A stretch of DNA of 64,000 bases, taken from Alphaproteobacteria bacterium. GTDB lineage: Bacteria; Pseudomonadota; Alphaproteobacteria; SHVZ01. Under the pieces are notes generated by a model, which was not told where the DNA came from, ran no database searches, and was given only the letters and a program-made list of their open reading frames with translations. The DNA lies in assembly GCA_044223515.1 (NCBI GenBank), contig JBGALV010000012.1, positions 368 through 64,367 of the forward strand, in the 5' to 3' direction. Made by a program: the position numbers and the translations under genes. Within the stretch, counting starts at the first letter, position 1, and each line of letters starts with the position of its first letter. Positions 27,684 to 36,326 of the stretch are shown here, in pieces.

Positions 27684-28097
27684 TCAGCTCTCTCCGATGA
27701 TCCGCCGGATCACCTTGGTCTCGATGGTGGTGGGCGAAAGCTCGACGCCGGTCGGCGCGACCTCGAACACGCCGCGGAACTCGACCAGGTTGCGGCCGGT
27801 CTCCCCCTTCTCGCGCTGACGCGCGACCGCGACGACGAAGGGCTGCGGCGTGGCAATCAGCTTCGCCCTCTCCTCGGAATCCTTCACCGCGATCGCGAGG
27901 TATGCATCGCGCGGCGCCGCCTTCTTCCGGCTGGCCTTCGCCGGCAGCGCATCGGGCTCCTTCGGAGGCGGCACGCTGCGCCAGGTGTCCGCCCAGGCGA
28001 CGCGCACGCTGTCGATGAGGCGGCCATTCAGGCGCCGTTCCGCCGACTGCGTGCGGCTCACGAACTTCAGGCCGTATCCATCGACAAGGCTCGACAT
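27684..28097 (-). CDS. Hypothetical protein (module gene A, copy 1)
   Basis: 137 aa starting MSSLVDGYGLKFVSRTQSAERRL, with GAGGTAG RBS. About 55% identical to the paralog at 29990..30391. Confidence 0.6.
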   Translation of the reverse strand: MSSLVDGYGLKFVSRTQSAERRLNGRLIDSVRVAWADTWRSVPPPKEPDALPAKASRKKAAPRDAYLAIAVKDSEERAKLIATPQPFVVAVARQREKGETGRNLVEFRGVFEVAPTGVELSPTTIETKVIRRIIGES

Positions 28098-28195
28098 CGG
28101 CTACCTCACGGGCGAAAGCCGCGGGCCGGCGGGCGGCCGCGGACGGAAAGGCTGGGACGGGGATGGCCGCGACGCGGGCGCCCCGGCCGGGTTCG

Positions 28196-28522
28196 TCAGA
28201 CCGAGAGCTTGCTCGAGCAGAGCCCCACGATCTCGTAGTCGACGTCGCCGTTGGCGCGGGTCGCGGCGAACTTGGCCGCGAGGTCGCGCCGCGCGTTGCT
28301 GTCGAGCTTCGCGGACTCCGGGTTCTCCGCCCTCGCCTTCACCTCGCAGAGCTGGGCCTGCACGGCGACGATGCCGTCGCGCATCTCCCCGGCGGCGGTC
28401 CGGGTGGTCACCGTCACGCCGAAATAGCTGAGGGCGATCGGGCCGATGACGAGGCCGGCGATGAACGCGGGGATCATCCCCTTCCGCGGCTTCCATTTCG
28501 GCTGGGTGCTGGCGGCTTCCAT
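28196..28522 (-). CDS. Hypothetical N-terminally anchored small protein
   Basis: AAGGAG RBS and one TM (MIPAFIAGLVIGPIALSYFGV). Upstream TATAAT box. Confidence 0.5.
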   Translation of the reverse strand: MEAASTQPKWKPRKGMIPAFIAGLVIGPIALSYFGVTVTTRTAAGEMRDGIVAVQAQLCEVKARAENPESAKLDSNARRDLAAKFAATRANGDVDYEIVGLCSSKLSV

Positions 28523-28639
28523 CGGGGTCTCCTTGCGGCAGCGTGGGGTAAGGCTCTGATGGAATGACGCTTACCGGCGTGCCCTCGGAGGCAGCCGGAC
28601 GATTTCGTCGTCCCAGATTCTCTAAATATTTTTGGCTGA

Positions 28640-28700
28640 GTCGCCGGACTCCCGCTGTATTCGCGGGAGTGTCCGGTTTATTTAAGAAGGTAATTATACT
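28640..28700 (-). promoter_or_regulatory. Promoter -10 (TATAAT) and 5' leader hairpin for gene 28196..28522
   Basis: TATAAT on minus strand (28693-28698). Leader has a 13-bp stem CCGGACACTCCCGC..GCGGGAGTCCGG (28647-28680). Confidence 0.35.
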
Positions 28701-29037
28701 TTGCCGCCTGCATCTAAACCATCGGCAAATCATGAGACGCCCAGGCTAGACGAAAATAAAAATACCGAATTAATTGAATATTTCCTGACCGAAGGCGGCG
28801 GACATGCTAGAAGAGATCCGCCGGTCGGCGCCGCGCGGGCGTAGACAGGATTCCATTCCCGAGGTTGCGGCGGAGGGGGAGCGATAGCCGAAAGGCTGGC
28901 GCCCGTTATCTCCGCTGCGGCACCGGCGGCGGGCGAAAGCCCACGCCGGCGTGTGGAGCCCGGAGCGGCCGAAAGGCCCTTCGGGCTCCACCCATTTCCG
29001 GGATGGGCGCCGATCGGCGAAGGCGGACGCCGCGTCC

Positions 29038-29715
29038 CTAGAAACGAAGCGTGGCGCCGAGCGTGATGCGGTTGGAGCGCGCCTGGGTCACGTTGCGTCC
29101 CAGGATGAGGTCGAGATCGAGGCGGCCGTCGAGCAGGGTCGGGCGGATGCCGACCTGCATGCCGGGGCGGGCACCGCGGTCGCGCCCGAAGACCTCGGCG
29201 ATCGCGGTGAGATCCTCCCGGATCTGCACGTCGGTGCCGGCGCCGAAGGTCGTTGTGTCGCGCGGCACCGTGCGGTCGCGTTCCCAGCCGAGGTTGAGAT
29301 TGATGCGGGCCTCCGACACCGGCTGCCAGCTCACCGGGATCTGCGCCGCCAGCGTGTCCGCCTTGCGGGTGCGGGTCGCAATGCCGGCGCCGGCGGCGAT
29401 GCCGACACCGATGCCGTGGCGTTCCACCGGCAGCAGGGTCGCCTTGGCCTTCGGGCTGACGGACGTCGCCCAGGCGCCATCGGCACGGGAGCGATCGAGC
29501 GCGGCCCCAACCTCGACGAAGGAGACCACGCAGGCCGGTGCGGCGACGAAGCTCCACTCGCGATCCCGGGCCGCCGCGGCCCAGGTCTCGAGCTTGCATT
29601 CGCCGGCCGCGCCGATCTCGGAATCATCGACGACATAGGCACCGCCGGCGGCGAAGGCCGGAGGTGCCGAGAGCAGCGCGCCAATCAGAAGAGAGAAGAA
29701 CCGGAGAGCCACCAA
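29038..29715 (-). CDS. Outer-membrane beta-barrel protein
   Basis: Signal peptide, alternating amphipathic strands, C-terminal ..GATLRF. TTG/GTG start. Confidence 0.7.
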   Translation of the reverse strand: MVALRFFSLLIGALLSAPPAFAAGGAYVVDDSEIGAAGECKLETWAAAARDREWSFVAAPACVVSFVEVGAALDRSRADGAWATSVSPKAKATLLPVERHGIGVGIAAGAGIATRTRKADTLAAQIPVSWQPVSEARINLNLGWERDRTVPRDTTTFGAGTDVQIREDLTAIAEVFGRDRGARPGMQVGIRPTLLDGRLDLDLILGRNVTQARSNRITLGATLRF

Positions 29716-29759
29716 CCCCGTCTAGCATGCGGGGCGAGGCGGCGCGACACACGGACGCG

Positions 29760-29987
29760 CTAGCGTCCGGTGCCGCGAAGGACGGGGCCTTCCTCGATCT
29801 CGATCCGGACGTTCTGGGCCTTCTCCACGCGAAGCCGCGCGGCGAAGTTCTCGGATTCCTGATCGGTCATCGGCGCGGAGCGCCGGTCCTGGTGGTTCGC
29901 CGTCCACATCACCACGAAGCGGCGGCGGCTCGCCGGCGTCGCCGCCCTGACCACGCCGCCGCTCTTGTCGGCCTTCGTCGCTGTCAT
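29760..29987 (-). CDS. Hypothetical small basic protein (module gene B, copy 2)
   Basis: 75 aa with RRRFVVMW..RRSAPMTDQES..RLRVEKA. 2-nt gap after gene A2. Confidence 0.55.
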   Translation of the reverse strand: MTATKADKSGGVVRAATPASRRRFVVMWTANHQDRRSAPMTDQESENFAARLRVEKAQNVRIEIEEGPVLRGTGR

Positions 29988-29989
29988 GC

Positions 29990-30391
29990 TCAGGCCTCGC
30001 TCGCGGTGACGCGGCGGAGCACCCGCGTTTCCAGGCTCGTCGGCGACGGGTCGACGCCGGTCGGGCTCACCTCGAACACGCCGCGGAAATCGGCGAGGCT
30101 GCCGCGCTTGCCTTCCGAGCGCGTCTCGGCGAGCGCGACGACGAACGGCGCCGGCTTCGCCTTCTGCGCGGCCATCGCCGCCGCATCGGGGAACGAGATC
30201 TCGACGAACACCTCGCGCGCCGTCTTGCGGGCCGCCTTGCCCGCGGCCATGGCGTCGTCGGGCACCGGTGCGCTCCGCCAGCTCGCGACCCACGCGACCG
30301 GGATCGTGTCGATCAATCGACCATGCAGACGACGCTCCGCGCTCTGCGTGCGGCTCAGGAATTTCAGATCGAAACCGTCGACGAGACTCAC
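29990..30391 (-). CDS. Hypothetical protein (module gene A, copy 2)
   Basis: GTG start with GGAGGTGG RBS. Starts VSLVDGFDLKFLSRTQSAERRL and ends ..FRGVFEVSPTGV. Confidence 0.6.
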   Translation of the reverse strand: MSLVDGFDLKFLSRTQSAERRLHGRLIDTIPVAWVASWRSAPVPDDAMAAGKAARKTAREVFVEISFPDAAAMAAQKAKPAPFVVALAETRSEGKRGSLADFRGVFEVSPTGVDPSPTSLETRVLRRVTASEA

Positions 30392-30634
30392 GCGACCACC
30401 TCCGGAACAAAAGCGAAGGCACGCCCACCCGGGAACGGCGTGCGGCAGCGACAACAGAACGCAAGCACGCACCCCGTTCCGGGCCCGGCTCGCTCTGCAC
30501 TCGATTTCTCGCTGATACGTCGGCCGCGGCTATTGCGGCGGCCGAACTCGACCAGGAATCCCACCCTACGTGGGCGCGGTGCGAAAGACCATTCCTAAAT
30601 GGGTATGGAGGCAGCGTCTTTCCAGGCCGCGCGC

Positions 30635-31327
30635 CTACAGCAGCGTCATCACCGCCGCGTAGTGGGTCGCCGCGCCGACAAGCACGAACACGTGCCACAC
30701 CGCGGTCGAGAACTTGAGCCTCTCCCACAGGTGGAACACCACGCCGGTCGTGTACACGACGCCGCCGGCCGCGATCAGCATCAGCGTCTCCTCGGGCACC
30801 ACCTTCGACAGCGGATCCACGGCGACGACGAAGAGCCAGCTGATCGCGAGGTAGAGCGGGATCCACAGGCGCTCTGGCCACGACCAGTTGCAGAGCTTGG
30901 CGACGATGCCGAGCGACGCCAGCGACCACACCAGCGCGGTCAGCCCCCAGCTCCAGTATCCGGTGAGTCCCAGCGCCGTGAACGGCGTGTAGGTGCCGGC
31001 GATCATCGCGAAGATCGCGGCCTGGTCGATGCGGCGGAGCAGCGGCCGGTGCCGGCAGCGCGGACGCATGTTGTAGACGGCGGAGCAGGTCAGCATCACG
31101 ACCGCGCAGGCGACGTAGATCGCGATCGGCCAGAAAGCGTTCAGCTCTCCTCGCGATGACGCGTCGAGAAGGAGAAGCGCGGCCGCGATCGGCGCAAGTA
31201 CCAGGCCAAGCACATGAACAGCAGCATCGGTGAGTAGCTCGGCTCGTGTCGGTTCTCGGGAACAGAACTGAATGGTGCTCGTGGTCACGGTTAGGCGGTC
31301 CCGGTGCAGGTACTGATGGACCAACAC
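30635..31327 (-). CDS. Hemolysin-III / PAQR-family membrane protein
   Basis: Seven TM segments with a conserved His-rich pattern (HVLGLVLAP..HVFVLVGAATHY). Confidence 0.8.
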   Translation of the reverse strand: MLVHQYLHRDRLTVTTSTIQFCSREPTRAELLTDAAVHVLGLVLAPIAAALLLLDASSRGELNAFWPIAIYVACAVVMLTCSAVYNMRPRCRHRPLLRRIDQAAIFAMIAGTYTPFTALGLTGYWSWGLTALVWSLASLGIVAKLCNWSWPERLWIPLYLAISWLFVVAVDPLSKVVPEETLMLIAAGGVVYTTGVVFHLWERLKFSTAVWHVFVLVGAATHYAAVMTLL

Positions 31328-31420
31328 CAGAGGCGATGGCTGACGTTCCTGAGTTCGCAGTGACCGATGCGTGCGGTGTGACCGATGCGTGTCTTCGTTG
31401 TCGCGGAAGGAACTTGCGCT

Positions 31421-31878
31421 CGTATCCCCTCCCTCGCGTCGTACGCGGGGGAGGGCTAGGGTGGGGGCTCTAAATGGCGAGAATTCCGGAACGCATCACC
31501 CGTCGCGCCCGCGCGCTCCGCTCGGACATGACCGAGGCCGAGACTCGCCTCTGGCATCGCTTGCGGAATCGTCAGTTTGATGGCTGGCGCTTCCGTCGCC
31601 AGCATCCGATCGACCCTTATGTGGCGGACTTCGCTTGTCCCGACGCGATGCTCGTGGTCGAAGTCGACGGTGGGCAGCATGCGGACTCCGCGCGCGACGC
31701 GGAGCGCGATGCGAGTCTCGTGACGCGCGGATGGAAAGTGCTGAGATTCTGGAACAACGACGTGCTCGCGAATATCGACGGCGTGCTCGCGACGATCGCG
31801 GCGACGCTGGCGCCGTTACGGAAGGCCGAAGAGCCCCCACCCTGACCCTCCCCCGCGTACGACGCGAGGGAGGGAACT
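31421..31878. mobile_element. MITE-like cassette: DUF559 gene bounded by ~45-bp inverted REP-like terminal repeats
   Basis: Left repeat CCCCTCCCTCGCGTCGTACGCGGGGGAGGGCTAGGGTGGGGGCTC. Right repeat is its near-perfect reverse complement GAGCCCCCACCCTGACCCTCCCCCGCGTACGACGCGAGGGAGGG. The ORF stop codon lies inside the right repeat. Confidence 0.5.
31474..31845 (+). CDS. DUF559 endonuclease-domain protein (Vsr/restriction-endonuclease-like fold)
   Basis: Full DUF559 pattern: TEAETRLWHRLRNRQF.GWRFRRQHPI..YVADFAC....LVVEVDGGQH....D..RD..L...GWKVLRFWNNDV. Confidence 0.85.
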   Translation: MARIPERITRRARALRSDMTEAETRLWHRLRNRQFDGWRFRRQHPIDPYVADFACPDAMLVVEVDGGQHADSARDAERDASLVTRGWKVLRFWNNDVLANIDGVLATIAATLAPLRKAEEPPP

Positions 31879-32014
31879 CGAGGCGCTCGCGCGAGCGCGA
31901 AACGCGGCAGCTTTTCGGCGCCGCGAGGCGGGCGCACCGGAAAGCGGGAGCGTTTCGCCGCAAGGCGAGCATCGTGAGTTCCTTCGCGAAGCGAAGTCCG
32001 TATAGTCTCATGCG

Positions 32015-32956
32015 ATGACACGCAGCCTCACCCTCGCCGCCCTCCAGATGGGCCCCACGCAGCGCGCGGACTCCCGCGCGCGCACCCTCGACCGCATGAT
32101 CGCCTTGCTCGAACGCGCGGCCTCTTCCGGCGCGCGCTTCGTCGTGTTCCCCGAGCTCGCGTTCACCACGTTCTTCCCGCGTTGGGCGATGGACGACGCG
32201 GAGCTTCTGGGCTTCTTCGAGCGCGAGATTCCTTCCCCGCAGACCGAGGCGCTGTTCGCCCGGGCGCGCGAGCTCGGGATCGGATTCCATGTCGGCTACG
32301 GCGAGCTGACGCCGGCGGGCAAGCGCTTCAACGCCGCGGTCATCGTCGGTCGCGACGGCCGCATCCTCGCGAAGTACCGCAAGGTGCATCTGCCGGGCAC
32401 GACCGAGCCCAAGCCGGGCCTCGCCTACCAGCAGCTGGAGAAGCGCTACTTCGAGTATGGCGATCTCGGCTTCTCGACCTTCCGCGCCCCGTCCGATCTC
32501 GGCGATGCGGTCATGGGCATGCTGATCTGCAACGACCGCCGCTGGCCCGAGGCGTGGCGCGTGCTGGGACTCAAGGGCGTCGAGCTCGTGTGCTGCGGCT
32601 ACAACTCCGCCGCCTACGATCCTTTCGGGCGGAAGAACGAGGACCAGGCGCTCCGCACCTTCCACTCGACGCTGGTGGCGCAGGCGAACGCCTACATGAA
32701 CTCGACCTTCGCGGTCTGCGTCGCCAAGGCCGGCGTCGAGGACGGCGCAGGGCTGATCGGCGGCTCGGTGATCGTCGATCCCAACGGCCGCGTCGTCGCG
32801 GACGCGAAGACGCTCGAAGACGAGGCGATCGTCGCCGAGATCGATCTCGATCTCTGCCGCCACGGCAAAGAGAAGATGTTCGACTTCGCCGCGCATCGTC
32901 GCATCGGCGCCTACGATCTCATCACCACGCAGACCGGCGTGACGTCGCCGGATTGA
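32015..32956 (+). CDS. Carbon-nitrogen hydrolase family protein (nitrilase/N-carbamoyl-amino-acid amidohydrolase-like)
   Basis: Catalytic E-K-C context (VVFPEL.., ..RKVHLP.., LICNDRRWPE). Confidence 0.9.
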   Translation: MTRSLTLAALQMGPTQRADSRARTLDRMIALLERAASSGARFVVFPELAFTTFFPRWAMDDAELLGFFEREIPSPQTEALFARARELGIGFHVGYGELTPAGKRFNAAVIVGRDGRILAKYRKVHLPGTTEPKPGLAYQQLEKRYFEYGDLGFSTFRAPSDLGDAVMGMLICNDRRWPEAWRVLGLKGVELVCCGYNSAAYDPFGRKNEDQALRTFHSTLVAQANAYMNSTFAVCVAKAGVEDGAGLIGGSVIVDPNGRVVADAKTLEDEAIVAEIDLDLCRHGKEKMFDFAAHRRIGAYDLITTQTGVTSPD

Positions 32957-33172
32957 ATTCCCGTTCGGGTCGACCCGGCAGCAGGTTCAAATCTGTTGCC
33001 GAAAAATCACACCCGTCCTCGACGTCGCGCGCCTAGTCTTGCGAGCCGGAACTCTCGCGCGCCCGAGGGTTCCTTCGTGCAGGGTTTCCAAGGCCCTGAG
33101 CCGCCTTGCACCGAGCTCGGCACCGTCCACGTGACGGCGCCCGAGGTCGCCAGCTCCAAGTTGCGACCTAGA

Positions 33173-33211
33173 GAACCCCCGCGCGGAGAGATCCACGCGG
33201 GGGTTCTTTAT
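33173..33211 (+). terminator. Rho-independent terminator
   Basis: GAACCCCCGCG-loop-CGCGGGGGTTC followed by TTTAT. Located 215 nt after the CN-hydrolase stop. Confidence 0.5.
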
Positions 33212-33352
33212 GTCCGGCGCCAGCGGGCTCCCACCTCGCGGTAACTCGTTCCCGCACCGCGCAAATCCGCCGCGTATTTCCCTCGCGAGCGGCAACGCGC
33301 GCCGGCCGCTCGCGTTCTTCTCACGCGATCTCACTCATGAAAGGACTGCGCC

Positions 33353-33799
33353 ATGCGCAAGATTCTCGGCGCCGCGGCGGTGCTCGCCATCGCTCTTCCG
33401 GCGCTCGCCCAGACCACGCCGCCCGGACCGCCCTCCCCGACCGTGCCGGCTCCCGCCGGACAGGCCCAGAACGGCACCGCGCCGACGCTGCCGAGCGCCG
33501 CGACGCCCGGCGGCACCGCGCCCAGCACCGCGACCGTTCCCGGCACCGTGCTGAAGCCGGGCACGCCGGACTCGACGGCGACCGCGCCGATGCCATCGAA
33601 GGCCGTTCCCGGCGCGCCGGTCGCCGGCGCCAACAGCTTCACCGAATCCCAGGCCAAGGCGCGCATCGAAGCCAACGGCTTCGCCAACGTGACCGGCCTC
33701 AAGAAGGACGACCAGTCGATCTGGCGCGGCACCGCGACCAAGGACGGCAAGCAGGTGTCCGTCGCGCTCGACTACCAGGGCAACGTCGTCGGCCAGTAG
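33353..33799 (+). CDS. Secreted PepSY-domain protein with Pro-rich linker
   Basis: Signal peptide, low-complexity TPPGPPSPTVPAP region, C-terminal PepSY pattern (..ANGFANVTGLKKDDQSIWRGTATKDGKQVSVALDYQGNVV). Confidence 0.6.
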   Translation: MRKILGAAAVLAIALPALAQTTPPGPPSPTVPAPAGQAQNGTAPTLPSAATPGGTAPSTATVPGTVLKPGTPDSTATAPMPSKAVPGAPVAGANSFTESQAKARIEANGFANVTGLKKDDQSIWRGTATKDGKQVSVALDYQGNVVGQ

Positions 33800-33826
33800 C
33801 GGCTGGCGAACAAGAAGGAGCTTTTC

Positions 33827-34438
33827 ATGCCTCGCATCTATCCCGGTCTCTACGACCGCTATGACGACGCGAACCGCGCCGTCGCCGATCTCCATGCCGC
33901 CGGCGTGCCGGTGGACGACATCAGCCTGATCCGCTCGAACGCGGATGCGGCCTACGTGCCCACCACGACCGAGCCGACCCCGGCCGGCACCGGCGCCAAG
34001 ATCGGCACCGTGCTCGGCGGCGGCGTCGGGCTGCTCACCGGCCTCGGCCTGATGGCGATCCCGGGCGTCGGCCCGGTGGTCGCCGCCGGCTGGCTCGCCT
34101 CGACCATCGCGGGCGCCGCGGTCGGCGCGGTCGCGGGCGCCGCGACCGGCGGCATCGTCGGCGCGCTGACCGAGCACGGCGTCTCCGAAGAGCACGCGCA
34201 TGTCTATGCCGAAGGCGTGCGTCGCGGCGGCACGCTGGTGACCGCGCGCGGCGACGAGACCCTCGGCTCGACGCTGGATCCGATCTACCGCCGCACCGGC
34301 GCCGTCGACCTCGACGCGCGCGCCCGCGCCTACAAGGGCGAGGGCTGGAGCCGCTTCGATCCCGACGCGCCGCCCTACACCCCCGAAGAGGTCAAGCGCG
34401 AACGCGACCGCTACCTCCCGCCGAAGGCGGCGGAGTAG
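33827..34438 (+). CDS. General stress protein 17M-like (YflT domain) with glycine-zipper membrane segment
   Basis: N-terminus MPRIYPGLYDRYDDANRAVADLHAAGVPVDDISLI resembles YflT/Gsp17M. Central GxxxG repeats. Confidence 0.55.
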   Translation: MPRIYPGLYDRYDDANRAVADLHAAGVPVDDISLIRSNADAAYVPTTTEPTPAGTGAKIGTVLGGGVGLLTGLGLMAIPGVGPVVAAGWLASTIAGAAVGAVAGAATGGIVGALTEHGVSEEHAHVYAEGVRRGGTLVTARGDETLGSTLDPIYRRTGAVDLDARARAYKGEGWSRFDPDAPPYTPEEVKRERDRYLPPKAAE

Positions 34439-34567
34439 CGCTTAACAGTTCGTTCGGCGAAATCGATACGCTGCCCACCTTGCCCTCCCTCGCGCACCGC
34501 GCGGGGGAGGGCTTTGTTTTGTGGACGGTCATACGAGTCCTCTTCGGCTCTGCTTCGCCGGGGAGGG

Positions 34568-34930
34568 TCAGGTGGGGCCGAGCGTGGTCGCGATCACGCT
34601 CACGACTCCATCCGTGTTCGACAAAACGTCGCTGTTCCAAAACCGCAACACACGCCACCCCGCTTCCTGCATGCTTCGATCGCGCCGCGCATCAGTTCGA
34701 GACCCGCGTGCTGTCCCCCATCCACCTCGACGACGAGCTTGGCTTCGATACAGGCGAAGTCGACAACGTATTCGTCGATCGGATGCTGACGCCGGAATCT
34801 CCATCCGCCGATCTGCTTTCGATTGAGCCGATTCCACAGCCGACGTTCCGAGTCCGTCGACTCCATCCGCAGTCGCCGCGCCCGACGTGTCGTGGTCAGA
34901 GGTGTCTTCGCCATCGGGCCAAGCCCCCAC
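34568..34930 (-). pseudogene. DUF559 endonuclease-domain gene, frameshifted second copy, flanked by REP-like units (34473-34511 and 34921-34966)
   Basis: N-terminal two thirds in frame 34600..34914 (TDSERRLWNRLNRKQIGGWRFRRQHPIDEYVVDFAC..VVEVDGGQHAG). C-terminal GWRVLRFWNSDVL in frame 34568..34930. Confidence 0.7.
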
Positions 34931-34973
34931 CCTGCCCTCCCCCGCGTACGACGCGAGGGAGGGTTCTGAACAG

Positions 34974-36326
34974 CTAAGCGCCGAGCGTGATCGTCGCCTT
35001 CAATCCTGGATGATTGTCTTCCAGCGCCAAGGTGCCGCCGTGGAGGCGGGCGACCGCGGCGACGACGCTCAGTCCCAGGCCGACGCCCGACGTCGCGCGG
35101 GCCGCGTCGCCGCGGAAGAAGCGTTCGGTGACCCGGGGCTTTTCGTCGTCCGGAATGCCGGGGCCGCGATCGGCGACCTGGATGCGCGCGCGCCCGGCGT
35201 CATCGGCGACGGTGAGCGTGACGACGCTGCCTCGGGGCGCCACCTTGGCCGCGTTGTCGAGCAGGTTGGCAACGGCCTGCGCGATCAGGAACGGGTCGCC
35301 GTCGATCGCAAGGTTGGTCGGCGCCTCGACCGCCAGCGCGGCGCCGCGCTCCTCGACGATCGGCCGGTAGAGCTCGGCGGCCTCGGCCGCGACCTTCGCC
35401 AGATCGACGGTGCGGAAGCCCGAGCGCCGCGTGCCTGAATCGATCTCGGCGAGGCGCAGCAGCGCGTTGAAGATCTCGATCACGCGGTCGACGTCGACGA
35501 CCGCCTCCTGCACCTCGTCGATCATCGCCTCCTGCGAGGGCCGCGTGCGCAGCAGCGCCTCGAGGCGCCCGCGCAGCTCGGCGAGCGGCGTCCTCAGATC
35601 ATGCGCGACCGCGTGCGTCGTCGCCTGCAGGCCTTCGATCAGCTGCTGGATCTGGTCCAGCATGCCGTTGATGGTGAGCGCCAGCTGGTCGAACTCGTCG
35701 CCGGAATCGCGCGACGGCAGGCGGCGCTTGAGATCGCCCCGCACGATGTCGGAGGCGGTGCGGTTGATCGCCTCGATGCGGCCGAGCGCGGCGCGGCGCA
35801 CCAGGAACCCGCCGCCGATGGCGAGCGCGAGCGCCGCCGCCGCCGTCCATCCCAGCGCATTGAAGATCAGCTCGCGCAGCGCCTCGCGATCCTGCACGTC
35901 GCGGCCGACGAGAAGACGATAGCCGTTCGGCAGTCGCGCGAAATAGACGCGGATCGCATGGCGGCGCTCGTCGCGTACCAGGCTCGCCATGTACCAGCCG
36001 ATCTCCTCGCCGACATCGGGCGGCCAGGCTGTCAGGTTGCCGGTGACCGGGCGCTTCTGCGCGTCGGCCAGCAGGTAGATGGCGCGCTCGTCGCCGGCGC
36101 GGCGGATCCGCGTGTTGATTGTCTCGACCGCACCAGCGAGGCCGAAGTCGCGGAGCCGGTCGCCGATCGCGCGCGTGTCCGAGGCGATCACCGCCTCGGT
36201 CTCCTGGTCCAGCGTCAGCGTTGCGCGCCACCAGAGGAGCCCGCCCAGCACCACCGACGAGAGAATGAAGAGGAGCGCGTAGCCGAGCGCCAGGCGCACC
36301 GACGTCGAGCGGAGGAGACGGGTCAT
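34974..36326 (-). CDS. Two-component sensor histidine kinase (TM-periplasmic-TM-HAMP-HisKA-HATPase_c)
   Basis: H-box HAVAHDLRTPLAEL, G2 GVGLGLSVVAAVARLHGG. 4-nt overlap with the upstream response regulator. Confidence 0.9.
   Translation of the reverse strand: MTRLLRSTSVRLALGYALLFILSSVVLGGLLWWRATLTLDQETEAVIASDTRAIGDRLRDFGLAGAVETINTRIRRAGDERAIYLLADAQKRPVTGNLTAWPPDVGEEIGWYMASLVRDERRHAIRVYFARLPNGYRLLVGRDVQDREALRELIFNALGWTAAAALALAIGGGFLVRRAALGRIEAINRTASDIVRGDLKRRLPSRDSGDEFDQLALTINGMLDQIQQLIEGLQATTHAVAHDLRTPLAELRGRLEALLRTRPSQEAMIDEVQEAVVDVDRVIEIFNALLRLAEIDSGTRRSGFRTVDLAKVAAEAAELYRPIVEERGAALAVEAPTNLAIDGDPFLIAQAVANLLDNAAKVAPRGSVVTLTVADDAGRARIQVADRGPGIPDDEKPRVTERFFRGDAARATSGVGLGLSVVAAVARLHGGTLALEDNHPGLKATITLGA

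Noticed and set aside
28840-29037. RNase P RNA or SRP RNA in the GC-rich hairpin block
   Set aside because: It contains a UCCGGGCUCCA-like string, but is missing the GGGCAGG, P4 and ACAGAACCCGGCUUA elements of RNase P and the AGGUCAGGUCCGGAAGGAAGCAGC SRP motif. Kept only as an unclassified structured region.
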